The position numbers were made by a program, and so were the translations under genes. The notes below the pieces were generated by a model. It made no database searches and was not told the origin of the DNA. It saw only the letters and a program-made list of their open reading frames with translations. Of a DNA stretch of 64,000 nt, positions 31,579 through 40,723 are shown piece by piece. The DNA lies in NCBI GenBank assembly GCA_934098745.1, contig CAKOPG010000004.1:10561-74560 (forward strand), in the 5' to 3' direction. The first letter of the stretch is position 1. Each line of letters begins with the position of its first letter. Origin of the DNA: an uncultured Bacilli bacterium. Lineage in GTDB: Bacteria > Bacillota_I > Bacilli_A > RF39 > UBA660.

Positions 31579-32103
31579 TTGGCATATAAAGAAATAGTTA
31601 CTAAAGCTGTAATTGGCAAGGGTAAGAAAAAATATCGTAATGACTATCAGATTACAGTAGATGTTATTCCAACAACAATTCTTGGCTGTTGGATAATAAA
31701 TCATAATTTTTCCGCCAAAGAAATAAATGGCAAAATTATAATTAATGGAAGTTTTGATGCTAATATTTGGTATTCATATGATAATGATACTAAAACTAAC
31801 GTTATTACCAGAAATATTACTTATACCGAAGAAGAAAAATTATCATTAGCAAATAATGATATTGTCAATAAAGAAGTTATTGTCCGAAGCCTAAAACAAC
31901 CTACTTGTGTTAAAGCTAAAGAAGAAGGAAATAACATAAATATCGAAATAGAAAAAGAACTAGGATTAGAAATAATTGGTGATACAAAAGTAAAAGTATC
32001 ATCTGTTGAAGAAGAAGATACTTGGGATATTTTAGGTAGCGATGAAAATGAAGAAATAGATAATATTAATACTAACTATATTGAAGAAGAGATGAAAAAA
32101 TAA
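31579..32103 (+). CDS. cotE: spore coat assembly protein CotE homologue
   Basis: YKEIVTKAVIGKGKK ... ILGCWIINH ... NIWYSYDNDTKTNV ... acidic tail parallels B. subtilis CotE (YREIITKAVVAKGRK ... ILGGWIINH ... VWYSY..NTKTEV ... acidic tail). TTG start after GAGGAG. Confidence 0.8.
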   Translation: MAYKEIVTKAVIGKGKKKYRNDYQITVDVIPTTILGCWIINHNFSAKEINGKIIINGSFDANIWYSYDNDTKTNVITRNITYTEEEKLSLANNDIVNKEVIVRSLKQPTCVKAKEEGNNINIEIEKELGLEIIGDTKVKVSSVEEEDTWDILGSDENEEIDNINTNYIEEEMKK

Positions 32104-32181
32104 TTCTCTTTTTTTCATTCATTTCATCTTGACTAATAAACCTCTTCTTTAGTATAATTGATATACTAAGGAGAGATAGTT

Positions 32182-33237
32182 ATGGAAGGTACATATACAT
32201 ATAGTGATTTTTTAATTTCCATATTAGATAAAAAATCAGAAAAATTACCTGATACATATAAAAAAGAATTAAAATTAAATTTATATCTAACATTATTATC
32301 TCTAAGTAACAATAATTATCAAGAATCATATTATGAAAATAATTTTAACATAATAGACGATTTTTTAAGAAAGATAAATAATTTAAAAATAAAAATCCAA
32401 TTAAAAAGAAAAATTTCCGAAATAGATAAACTGTTAACAGAAATAACTGCAATTTATAATGATAACACTAAACTAATTGATAAATATAATGAAGAAAAAT
32501 TGGATATTATATCAACATTGAATGAAAAAAACGCTAAAGAAATAACAAAAATAGTTGATACTTTAACTAAAGCAAAATTTAAACAACACGATTTTCATAC
32601 TAATAACATTGACTTAAGAAAAGAAGTTTCTGATAGCATTTTAAATTGCAATGTGACAGTTGAAGATGAAACTATAAATATTCATAATCCAAATAAAGAA
32701 ATAAAAATTCAATTGTCAGATTTCTTTCTTCTATTTGATTATTTACTAGATATAAATTTATATGAAAATATTTTTACAAATGAACTATCTAATAAACAAC
32801 ATAAAAAAATGATTGAAAATATCATTTCTATAATAGAAACAGATACTATTCCTGAAGATTCATCCATCAAATTTGTTCCTATGGTATTGACATACTTTTT
32901 AACGAAAAATAACAATAAATTTACCAATACTGATACGAGTTCATTTAGCATTGAAAATATCAAAATAACAGACCTGTATTCATTTGCAAATAACAAAAAT
33001 AATACTAATGAAAATACCGCTAAGTGGGAAAAAATCTCTATCCCCAATGCATATCTTTTCGACAAATTAATTAAATGTATCAAAAAAGGAATGTATTACA
33101 ATACTGAAGAGAAATATATTTTTGAAAACATTTCCGATAACAAAACAAGTGATTTTAAAGTGAGCATTTCCAATGATAAAATTATTGTATTTTTAAAAAA
33201 TAGTATTTTAGAAAATAAAACCTTAACTAATTTTTAA
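32182..33237 (+). CDS. hypothetical protein
   Basis: 351-aa N/K/I-rich ORF with AAGGAGAG RBS. Confidence 0.65.
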   Translation: MEGTYTYSDFLISILDKKSEKLPDTYKKELKLNLYLTLLSLSNNNYQESYYENNFNIIDDFLRKINNLKIKIQLKRKISEIDKLLTEITAIYNDNTKLIDKYNEEKLDIISTLNEKNAKEITKIVDTLTKAKFKQHDFHTNNIDLRKEVSDSILNCNVTVEDETINIHNPNKEIKIQLSDFFLLFDYLLDINLYENIFTNELSNKQHKKMIENIISIIETDTIPEDSSIKFVPMVLTYFLTKNNNKFTNTDTSSFSIENIKITDLYSFANNKNNTNENTAKWEKISIPNAYLFDKLIKCIKKGMYYNTEEKYIFENISDNKTSDFKVSISNDKIIVFLKNSILENKTLTNF

Positions 33238-33355
33238 GGTTTTTCTCCATCTCCAGAAAAATATTTTATAAAAAAATAAAATTATTACTATTTTTCCCAA
33301 AAAACTATTTAATTTTTTTTAATTGTTTGGTATAATGATGAAGAGTAGGTGGAAT

Positions 33356-34000
33356 ATGGACAAGAAGAAATTTTTGCTGTTGGGATTCATAGTCCTTATT
33401 TTGACCGGTTGCGCTAGATTGACTGACAATTATGATGACATTGTTACTAATACTATGAATAATAAAAATAATACTGTCAACACCGTTTCTACAGGTTATG
33501 AATTGTATATACCACTCGGCGTAACCCAAGTATCAGATAATGAATATAATCAAAAATTAAAAATCAAGGACAGATACATTTATTTGTACGTTGACACAAT
33601 CAGTTATTATTATAAAAATAGTTTAAATAATAAAAAAGAGAATAATTATGATTACTATTATAAAGAAATAAACAATAATAATAAGACTGGCTATATCGGA
33701 ATTGAAAAACAAGATAATGACATGTATTTCTGCAATATTGTTTATAATTATTCAAAAATAGAATTTTATTCTAATTTAACTGATTTAAAAGTTCTTTTGG
33801 CAAATTCATTAATTATTCAAAATAGTATTAAATTTAATGATAATCTTATAAAGATGAATTTAGAAGGTAATTCAAGTGATAGTAAAGAAATTAAATATCA
33901 ATTAGATAGACCAAAAGATAGTGAAAGCACATTTTCTAAAGTTTTACAAGAATATGTAGCAGATGAAAAAGACGATGTTGTATTGCCTGATGACGATTAA
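33356..34000 (+). CDS. lipoprotein, hypothetical
   Basis: MDKKKFLLLGFIVLILTGC lipobox signal peptide. TATAAT at 33331 means the track start 33323 is upstream of the likely TSS. Confidence 0.75.
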   Translation: MDKKKFLLLGFIVLILTGCARLTDNYDDIVTNTMNNKNNTVNTVSTGYELYIPLGVTQVSDNEYNQKLKIKDRYIYLYVDTISYYYKNSLNNKKENNYDYYYKEINNNNKTGYIGIEKQDNDMYFCNIVYNYSKIEFYSNLTDLKVLLANSLIIQNSIKFNDNLIKMNLEGNSSDSKEIKYQLDRPKDSESTFSKVLQEYVADEKDDVVLPDDD

Positions 34001-34017
34001 ATTTTGGAGGTGTAATA

Positions 34018-35037
34018 GTGAAACTATTAGATAAAATAAAAGACTTATTCATGGATGAAATAACTGAAGATGAAGAAATAGATCTTTTAGAGGAAGAAAA
34101 AGAAGAATACAAAGAACCTAAATATGAATTACCAAAAGTAATGCGTGAAACTATCAAAGAAGAAGAAAAAGTAGAATTAAAAGTAAAACCAGAAGAATTT
34201 GTTAAAAATGAAGTTAACACAAATGGTGTAGTGAGACAACCTCAAAAAGAACAAGAACCACCTAAAAAGTTTAATTTCCCAATTGATTTTGGAGATGAAT
34301 TACCATCAAGAAACAATAAAAATTACAGCAACCAAAATATCCTAAAAATAGAAAAGGAAAAAGAACGCGAAAAAGAAGCAACAAAAAAAGTAGCAGAATT
34401 ATATCCGAAGAAAGAAGAAATAAGGGTAAAGCCTAAATTTAAGGCTACACCAGTTATTTCCCCAGTATATGGAATTTTAGATAAAAACTACAAAAAGGAA
34501 GAAGTTAAAGAAAAACCAGAAGAAAATTTTGAAATGAAAAGGCCTTCTAAAAAAGTTGATTTTGAAACAGTACGTAAAAAAGCCTTTGGTAACTTAGTTG
34601 ATGATATAAAGGATAACTTAATATGTGAAAATTGTGAATTGTATAAAGAAGTTAAAAAGATAAGTTCACTAAAAGAAGATGACCTTCTATATGATATGAC
34701 AGTAGATCCTAAAGACAAAGAAGTTACAATAGAAAAAGCCTATGATAATTATGAAGAATTTGGCGTTGCTTATGAACCACAAACCACAAAGGTTAATAGC
34801 ACTGAAGAACAAGATAAATCTGATTTAGACAAAATAATTAATGATAGTAACGAAAATATTGAAAATTCTTCTTCACAAGTTGATTTAAGCAAAAAAGAAT
34901 TGCCAGATGACAAAGAGGAAACAAAAGAAGAAAAAATTCCTACAAGAAGCAAAAAAGACACCGAAAAAGATACAAAAGTAGATGATGATTTTTTTGAATT
35001 GATTGATTCAATGTATAAAGAAAGGTCTGATGAATAA
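34018..35037 (+). CDS. K/E-rich hypothetical protein
   Basis: GTG start after GGAGGTG. 339 aa of highly charged low-complexity sequence with one CENCELY segment. Confidence 0.65.
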   Translation: MKLLDKIKDLFMDEITEDEEIDLLEEEKEEYKEPKYELPKVMRETIKEEEKVELKVKPEEFVKNEVNTNGVVRQPQKEQEPPKKFNFPIDFGDELPSRNNKNYSNQNILKIEKEKEREKEATKKVAELYPKKEEIRVKPKFKATPVISPVYGILDKNYKKEEVKEKPEENFEMKRPSKKVDFETVRKKAFGNLVDDIKDNLICENCELYKEVKKISSLKEDDLLYDMTVDPKDKEVTIEKAYDNYEEFGVAYEPQTTKVNSTEEQDKSDLDKIINDSNENIENSSSQVDLSKKELPDDKEETKEEKIPTRSKKDTEKDTKVDDDFFELIDSMYKERSDE

Positions 35038-35318
35038 TGGCAATAGAAGTATTATCGATTGTTTTATACACGCTTGGTTCTATTTTACTAATTGTTTTAA
35101 TAATATTAGGTATAAAAATGATTTTTACTATGAATAAAATTTCATTACTTGTCGAAGATATTAATACGAAGTTAAAATCATTAAATGGTTTATTTTCAAT
35201 TGTCGATTTTACCACAGACAAATTGGCAACCATAACTGATAAATTTGTTGATGGTATGACTTCACTTATCAGAAGAATATTTAATAGAAAAAAAGAGGAG
35301 GAATTTAAAGATGAGTAA
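35037..35318 (+). CDS. DUF948-like membrane-anchored protein (YtxG-like)
   Basis: N-terminal TM plus a coiled segment. ATG overlaps the upstream stop. Paired with a YtxH-like gene, as in the Bacillus ytxGH locus. Confidence 0.55.
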   Translation: MAIEVLSIVLYTLGSILLIVLIILGIKMIFTMNKISLLVEDINTKLKSLNGLFSIVDFTTDKLATITDKFVDGMTSLIRRIFNRKKEEEFKDE

Positions 35319-35724
35319 AAGAAAAGGTGGCTTATTTAAATTTATAGCCGGTATTGGTTTAGGAGTTGGTGCAGGTATGCTTTTAGCTCCAAAATCAGGT
35401 GAAGAATTAAGAAAAGATTTAAAAAAGAAAATTGGTGAATTGACAGATAAAGCCAAAGAAATTGATGTCAAAGAAGTAGCTGATGAATTTACAACAAAAA
35501 TAGAAAATCTAAAGAAAGAAATTGAAGATCTAGATAAAGAGAAAGCTTTAGATATTGCTAAGAAAAAAAGTGAAGATTTGAAAGTTAAAGCTAATGAATT
35601 ACTAGAACTAGCTAAAGAAAAAGGAACACCTGTAATTGAAAAAGCAACAGAAGAAGTAAAACAAAAAGCTATTCAAGTGACCAAAGAAGTTCTAAAAAAA
35701 TTAGAAAAAGAAGAAACGAAATAG
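35311..35724 (+). CDS. YtxH-domain protein
   Basis: GIGLGVGAGMLLAPKSGEELRKDLKKK is the YtxH signature. Confidence 0.75.
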   Translation: MSKRKGGLFKFIAGIGLGVGAGMLLAPKSGEELRKDLKKKIGELTDKAKEIDVKEVADEFTTKIENLKKEIEDLDKEKALDIAKKKSEDLKVKANELLELAKEKGTPVIEKATEEVKQKAIQVTKEVLKKLEKEETK

Positions 35725-35738
35725 TTTCTTTTTTTTAA
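35712..35738 (+). terminator. terminator after ytxH-like gene
   Basis: AGAAAC gaaata GTTTCT followed by TTTTTTTT. Confidence 0.65.
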
Positions 35739-35772
35739 AAATTATTATATAATTTTAATAGAGGTGATTAAC

Positions 35773-36168
35773 ATGAATAACAAAGGATTTACATTAATAG
35801 AATTAATAGCTACAATAGCTTTATTGGCTGTAATTGCACTTATTTCTTTCGTTTCAGTTGATAAAATTTTAATTACTTCAAAAGTTAATGATTGTAATAC
35901 TTTATTAAATAATATTAAAAGTTCCGCTAAAGAATATGCTAGTGATAATCGATATAATAATAATATAAATTTAGAAGATGAATTTGATGCATCAATATTA
36001 ACAAACAATAAATATTTATCAACTCCTATACAAAATCCTTTTATTAAAGAAGAAATCAATCCCCAAACAATTAAAATTAAATTAGAATTATATGATAATT
36101 ATACTGTTAAAGACGTTACTATAACAAATAATGGTAATATTATAGATTGTTCTACTAATAAATGGTAA
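35773..36168 (+). CDS. type IV pilin/pseudopilin-like protein (prepilin N-terminal methylation motif)
   Basis: MNNKGFTLIELIATIALLAVIALISF. No cognate ATPase, platform or peptidase genes in the window. Confidence 0.8.
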   Translation: MNNKGFTLIELIATIALLAVIALISFVSVDKILITSKVNDCNTLLNNIKSSAKEYASDNRYNNNINLEDEFDASILTNNKYLSTPIQNPFIKEEINPQTIKIKLELYDNYTVKDVTITNNGNIIDCSTNKW

Positions 36169-36265
36169 AAAGCCGTTTAAAATACAAATATAAAGAATAT
36201 AATATAAAGTATTTATTTAATATTGAAGATAAATAAATATTATGATAAAATTAAAGTGAAGTAAG

Positions 36266-36484
36266 GTGATAAAAAATATGGATGAAAGTGATATTAAGTC
36301 GTTAATTAGAGAAGTTAGCGAAAGCATGAAAAAAATGGGGTATAATCCCGTTACTCAGATCGTAGGTTACCTAATTAGTAATGATTTAGGTTATATACCA
36401 GAATTTGATGACAATCGAAATAAAGTTGCAAAGTTAGATCGAACATTAATTTTAGAAAGTATGATTAGTGAATACTTAAAATGA
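36266..36484 (+). CDS. ireB: IreB-family regulatory phosphoprotein (UPF0297, YrzL)
   Basis: GYNPVTQIVGYLISNDLGYIP. Conserved position upstream of ruvX. Confidence 0.85.
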   Translation: MIKNMDESDIKSLIREVSESMKKMGYNPVTQIVGYLISNDLGYIPEFDDNRNKVAKLDRTLILESMISEYLK

Positions 36485-36897
36485 GATATTTAGGATTAGA
36501 TTTAGGTAGTAAAACACTAGGCATTGCTATTAGTGATTTAACTAATTGTATTGCCTCAGTTTATACTACTCTCCGTTTTGAAAACGAAGACTATCATAGC
36601 CTATTATCTCCTCTTGAAAAGATTATTAGTAAAGAGAAAATAACTACTCTTATTTTAGGCTTTCCAAAGAATATGAATAACAGCATAGGCCCTCGTGCTA
36701 TGATAACTCTAGATTTCAAAAAAATGTTAGAAGATACCCTCAATATTCCTGTAATAATGGAAGATGAAAGACTTACTTCTGTTATTTCTAACAATGTATT
36801 GATAAAAGCCGATGTCTCTAGAAAAAAAAGAAAGAAAAAAGTAGATGGCATGGCTGCAGTTATAATTTTGCAAAGCTATTTAGATAAAAAGAAATAG
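36481..36897 (+). CDS. ruvX: putative pre-16S rRNA nuclease / Holliday junction resolvase-like YqgF
   Basis: MRYLGLDLGSKTLGIAISD ... DERLTS. Confidence 0.9.
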   Translation: MRYLGLDLGSKTLGIAISDLTNCIASVYTTLRFENEDYHSLLSPLEKIISKEKITTLILGFPKNMNNSIGPRAMITLDFKKMLEDTLNIPVIMEDERLTSVISNNVLIKADVSRKKRKKKVDGMAAVIILQSYLDKKK

Positions 36898-36912
36898 AAA
36901 AGGTAGATATAT

Positions 36913-37188
36913 ATGGAAAAGCAAAAATTTATTATATTAGATAAAGATAAAAATAAAGTTGAATGTGAACCATTGTTTACATTTGAATCAGAAGAGACTA
37001 AAAAAAATTATGTTGTATACACTGATAATACTTATGACGAAGCTGGAAATGTTAGAGTTTTTGCCTCAATTTATAACATGACTGATAAGGGTGGCGAATT
37101 ATTACCAATCAAAACAGATAAAGAATGGAAAATAATTGAAACCATTTTAGAAACCATCCAAGATGAAACAAAGAAAAGTGGCGAATAA
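36913..37188 (+). CDS. DUF1292 protein (YrzB-like)
   Basis: FIILDKDKNKVECEPLFTFESEETKKNYVVYTD pattern, plus synteny. Confidence 0.8.
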   Translation: MEKQKFIILDKDKNKVECEPLFTFESEETKKNYVVYTDNTYDEAGNVRVFASIYNMTDKGGELLPIKTDKEWKIIETILETIQDETKKSGE

Positions 37189-37190
37189 TT

Positions 37191-38264
37191 ATGAATAAGA
37201 AGTACAAGATTATTGCTATTTCTCTAATTACCATATTGGTAATTGTTTTTGGAATAGGTTTTTATTATAATTATCAAATGTCTGCTATATCAAAAGAAAG
37301 TGATAAAGTAGTAGTTGAAATAAAAGAAGGCAGTATATATTCCATTGGTGATACATTATATAAGAATAATTTAATTAGAAGTCCATTAATATTCAAAATA
37401 TATATTAAGATGAATAATATAAACAACCTAAAAGCTTCAACGTATGAACTTGATAGAAATATGAATTTGAAACAAATTATAGAAACATTAGAAGAAGGTA
37501 ATAGCTATAACCCTAATCAAATTACAATAACCTTTAAAGAAGGTCTAAATATTAGAAAAATTGCCAATGTTGTAGCAGAAAATACCAATATTACTTATGA
37601 AGAATTTATGGATCAAGTAAATAACAAAGAGTATATTGAAACTCTAATAAACAAGTATTGGTTTTTAACCGATGATATTAAAAACTCTAAAATATATTAT
37701 CCTCTTGAAGGGTATTTGTTTCCAAATACGTACGCTTTTTTAAATAAAGATGTAAAATCAAATGAAATTATTGAAAAAATGCTAGATGAAATGGACAAGC
37801 AATTAACTAAATATAAAGATGAAATAACAAAAAGTGAACTAAGTATTCATAAACTAATTACTTTAGCTTCCATTGTAGAATTAGAAGGAGCATCATCAGA
37901 TGATAGAGCTTCCGTAGCTGGTGTTTTTTATAACCGTATAAAAGATGGCTGGGTCCTTGGTTCAGACGTTACTACTTATTACTATCTTAAAATAGATGAT
38001 TTTAAACAATCATTAAATGGTAACAAAGATCTATATACTTGTGATAATGCTTATAACACTAGATGTACATCTTTTATAGGCCTTCCAGTTGGACCAATTT
38101 CTAATCCTGGAAAGGAATCTATTGAATCAACAATCAATTATAAAAAACATAATTATTATTATTTTGTTGCAGATTGTAATGGAAAAACATATTTAAATAA
38201 GGACAGTACAGGTCATTACAATACAATTCAAAGATTAAAAAATGAAAATAATTGGTGTGTATAG
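37191..38264 (+). CDS. mltG: endolytic murein transglycosylase MltG (YceG-like)
   Basis: N-terminal TM. LASIVELEGASSDDRASVAGVFYNRIKDGWVLGSDVTTYY. Confidence 0.9.
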   Translation: MNKKYKIIAISLITILVIVFGIGFYYNYQMSAISKESDKVVVEIKEGSIYSIGDTLYKNNLIRSPLIFKIYIKMNNINNLKASTYELDRNMNLKQIIETLEEGNSYNPNQITITFKEGLNIRKIANVVAENTNITYEEFMDQVNNKEYIETLINKYWFLTDDIKNSKIYYPLEGYLFPNTYAFLNKDVKSNEIIEKMLDEMDKQLTKYKDEITKSELSIHKLITLASIVELEGASSDDRASVAGVFYNRIKDGWVLGSDVTTYYYLKIDDFKQSLNGNKDLYTCDNAYNTRCTSFIGLPVGPISNPGKESIESTINYKKHNYYYFVADCNGKTYLNKDSTGHYNTIQRLKNENNWCV

Positions 38265-38289
38265 GGATAAATATTCATATCCCTTTTTA
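38264..38289 (+). terminator. mltG terminator
   Basis: GGGATA ... TATCCC stem followed by TTTTT. Confidence 0.6.
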
Positions 38290-38479
38290 GTTTAACCAAA
38301 ATATTAATATTGTTGTTTCTTTAATTCTTTAAAAAAAGTTTATCTTTTAATCAAACAAAGATAACAATAAAAACAAACAAATGTATTAATTTATTATTGA
38401 CATTATTTCTTATTTATGATAATATCTTAATACAGACGAAAAAATAATGATATATTTAATACTAATAAATGGAGGAAAT

Positions 38480-39058
38480 ATGTTTAAAGAAATAGAAGAA
38501 TATGCTCATAGAGAAAATATTCCTATTATGTTACCCGATGGAATAGATTATCTTTGTAATTATATTAAAACTCACAATATTAAAAGAATTTTAGAAATTG
38601 GTAGTGCTATAGGATACTCAGCTATTCGCATGGCAAGTATCAATTCAGATATAACTATAACCACTATTGAAAAAGATCCCGTTAGGTATGCTAAAGCTGT
38701 AGAAAATATAAAAAAGTATCATTTAGAAAATCAAATTGAAATAATTTTAGGTGATGCCCTTGTTACCACAATAAATGGTGAATATGACCTATTATTTATA
38801 GATGCTTCAAAAGGTCATAATATTGACTTCTTTGAAAAATATCATACTAATTTGACAAACTGTGGTATAATAGTGACCGATAATTTACATTTTCATGGCC
38901 TTGTCCAAAATGAAGAATTAATAAAAACTAAAAATCAACGAGGATTAGTAAAAAAGATTAAGCAATTTATTACATTTTTAAATGAAAATAAAGAATATCA
39001 TACAGAATATATTAATGTCGGTGATGGTATTTCCATAAGTTATCCAAACAAAAACTAA
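38480..39058 (+). CDS. trmR: SAM-dependent O-methyltransferase, TrmR (YrrM)-like tRNA ho5U methyltransferase
   Basis: ILEIGSAIGYSAI SAM-binding motif and DLLFIDASK. Synteny with the two U32 genes. ATG 38480 after GGAGGA. Confidence 0.75.
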   Translation: MFKEIEEYAHRENIPIMLPDGIDYLCNYIKTHNIKRILEIGSAIGYSAIRMASINSDITITTIEKDPVRYAKAVENIKKYHLENQIEIILGDALVTTINGEYDLLFIDASKGHNIDFFEKYHTNLTNCGIIVTDNLHFHGLVQNEELIKTKNQRGLVKKIKQFITFLNENKEYHTEYINVGDGISISYPNKN

Positions 39059-39082
39059 AATTTAATTATCAGGGGGTATATA

Positions 39083-39889
39083 ATGAAAGTTTTAGAAATA
39101 TATGATGGCAAAGAAAAAAGCATAATTGTAAATGGCAAAAATGTCTTTACTAGAATGGATAATTATTTTGCAAAGTATCCAAAAGATTTCCGTAAATTAT
39201 ATGACGAAAATCTTCAAGATTTAACAATTTTTAAGGTTGATGAAATGTATGATTCTGATATGGCTGGGGGATATGTCTCTGATGACAACATCATCCTTTT
39301 TAAAGACAATTATACTTTACCACATGAATTAATTCATATGGCCACGAATGATCGAAAAAATGGTCATATGGCTATAATTAACAGATTTAACCAAATGGAG
39401 CGCCCCTTAATCGAAGGATTAACTGAATATTCAGCAACTATTATTGGTGATCAAGAAATACCAAATTTTTATTATTTTGAATCTTTTGTGGCTCAAATGA
39501 TTTATAATATTGAAGGAGTCCTTCATGCGTTTTTTACAGCCAATGGGGAAGAATTTATCAAAGCCTTCCCAAATCGTAAAAATATCTATAGTTTAATGTA
39601 TGCATTATTTCACTACAGTAATAATCACCTAGAAGTATTAGAAACTTGCCAAATAGATGATCTTATAATTAGTGATATCCAAGACGTTATTAAAAATTTA
39701 CTTGATATTGAATTATCCTATGAAAATGATCAACAAAAATTAAAATTATATTGCGAAGAATTCTTAGATGTTTTATATAGTGAATATCTTAATTGCTATC
39801 TTGGAGAAATTTACCCCGATTATAAGAATTTTGCTCATAACATTGTTAATAAAAAAATTAAAGTTAGAACACAAAAGAACAAAAAATAA
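39083..39889 (+). CDS. hypothetical HExxH protein (putative zinc metallopeptidase)
   Basis: LPHELIHMATND motif. GGGGG RBS. Inserted between trmR and the U32 pair. Confidence 0.6.
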   Translation: MKVLEIYDGKEKSIIVNGKNVFTRMDNYFAKYPKDFRKLYDENLQDLTIFKVDEMYDSDMAGGYVSDDNIILFKDNYTLPHELIHMATNDRKNGHMAIINRFNQMERPLIEGLTEYSATIIGDQEIPNFYYFESFVAQMIYNIEGVLHAFFTANGEEFIKAFPNRKNIYSLMYALFHYSNNHLEVLETCQIDDLIISDIQDVIKNLLDIELSYENDQQKLKLYCEEFLDVLYSEYLNCYLGEIYPDYKNFAHNIVNKKIKVRTQKNKK

Positions 39890-39909
39890 AATAATAAAGG
39901 AGGATTATT

Positions 39910-40716
39910 ATGAAACTACTAGTTACTGCAAATAGCGAAAAACACCTGCAACAATTAATAAAAAAAGAAATAACTGGTGTTCTTATATATGTTGATAAAC
40001 TATCAGTGAATGGCAGTTATTATACAAATATAGACATCTTAGAAAAAGTGAATTTTAAAGATAAAGAAATTTATATAGTTTTGAATAAACTAATGCATAA
40101 TAATGATTTACCATATTTAAGAGAAATTTTAACAGTCCTTAAAAATAAAAATGTCAAAATAATGTTTTATGATATGAGTGTCTATAATATAGCAAAAGAA
40201 CTTGATATGGTTAATAAACTAGTAATTTATCAAGATCACTTAAATGCTAGTGTAAACTCTAATAATTTTTATCATAAACTAGGTATTAATAGCAGTTATG
40301 TTACTTCAGATATAACAAAAGAAGAATTATTAACAATAAAAAAAGATACCAACATGACAATAATGTTTACCGTATATGGCTATTTACCGATTTTTTACTC
40401 CCGCAGATACTTAATAACTAATTATTTAAAATATACATCTCTTACTTCTGGTACTAATTATGAAATAATAAGTGACGAAAATATTAGTTATCCTATATCT
40501 GAAGAAGCATATGGTACAACAGTATATACAAAAGAACCAGTTAACTTAATTAATTATTTAGAAGAATTATCCTCTATAGATTATTTCGTTTTACATAGTA
40601 ATATGATTTCAGATGAGAACTTTGATGTTATATTAGATAAATTTTTGAATAAAGAGCAAATGACCGATTGTTATTTAGGATTTTTCCTAACTAAAACAAC
40701 TTATAAAGTAAAGTAG
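39910..40716 (+). CDS. peptidase U32 family protein (YrrN/TrhP-like)
   Basis: AAGGAGG RBS. FTVYGYLPIFYSRRYLITNY resembles a U32 core. Paired with a YrrO-like gene. Confidence 0.65.
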   Translation: MKLLVTANSEKHLQQLIKKEITGVLIYVDKLSVNGSYYTNIDILEKVNFKDKEIYIVLNKLMHNNDLPYLREILTVLKNKNVKIMFYDMSVYNIAKELDMVNKLVIYQDHLNASVNSNNFYHKLGINSSYVTSDITKEELLTIKKDTNMTIMFTVYGYLPIFYSRRYLITNYLKYTSLTSGTNYEIISDENISYPISEEAYGTTVYTKEPVNLINYLEELSSIDYFVLHSNMISDENFDVILDKFLNKEQMTDCYLGFFLTKTTYKVK

Positions 40717-40723
40717 GTGAATT

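Noticed and set aside
31519-31704. 61-aa minus-strand ORF overlapping the cotE start.
   Set aside because: No RBS, and it overlaps the well-supported CotE N-terminus.
36481-36484. Possibility of Mollicutes-type genetic code 4 (TGA = Trp), given the AT-richness.
   Set aside because: TGA clearly terminates ireB in the ATGA overlap with ruvX, and all conserved proteins read through intact under code 11 with no in-frame TGA required.
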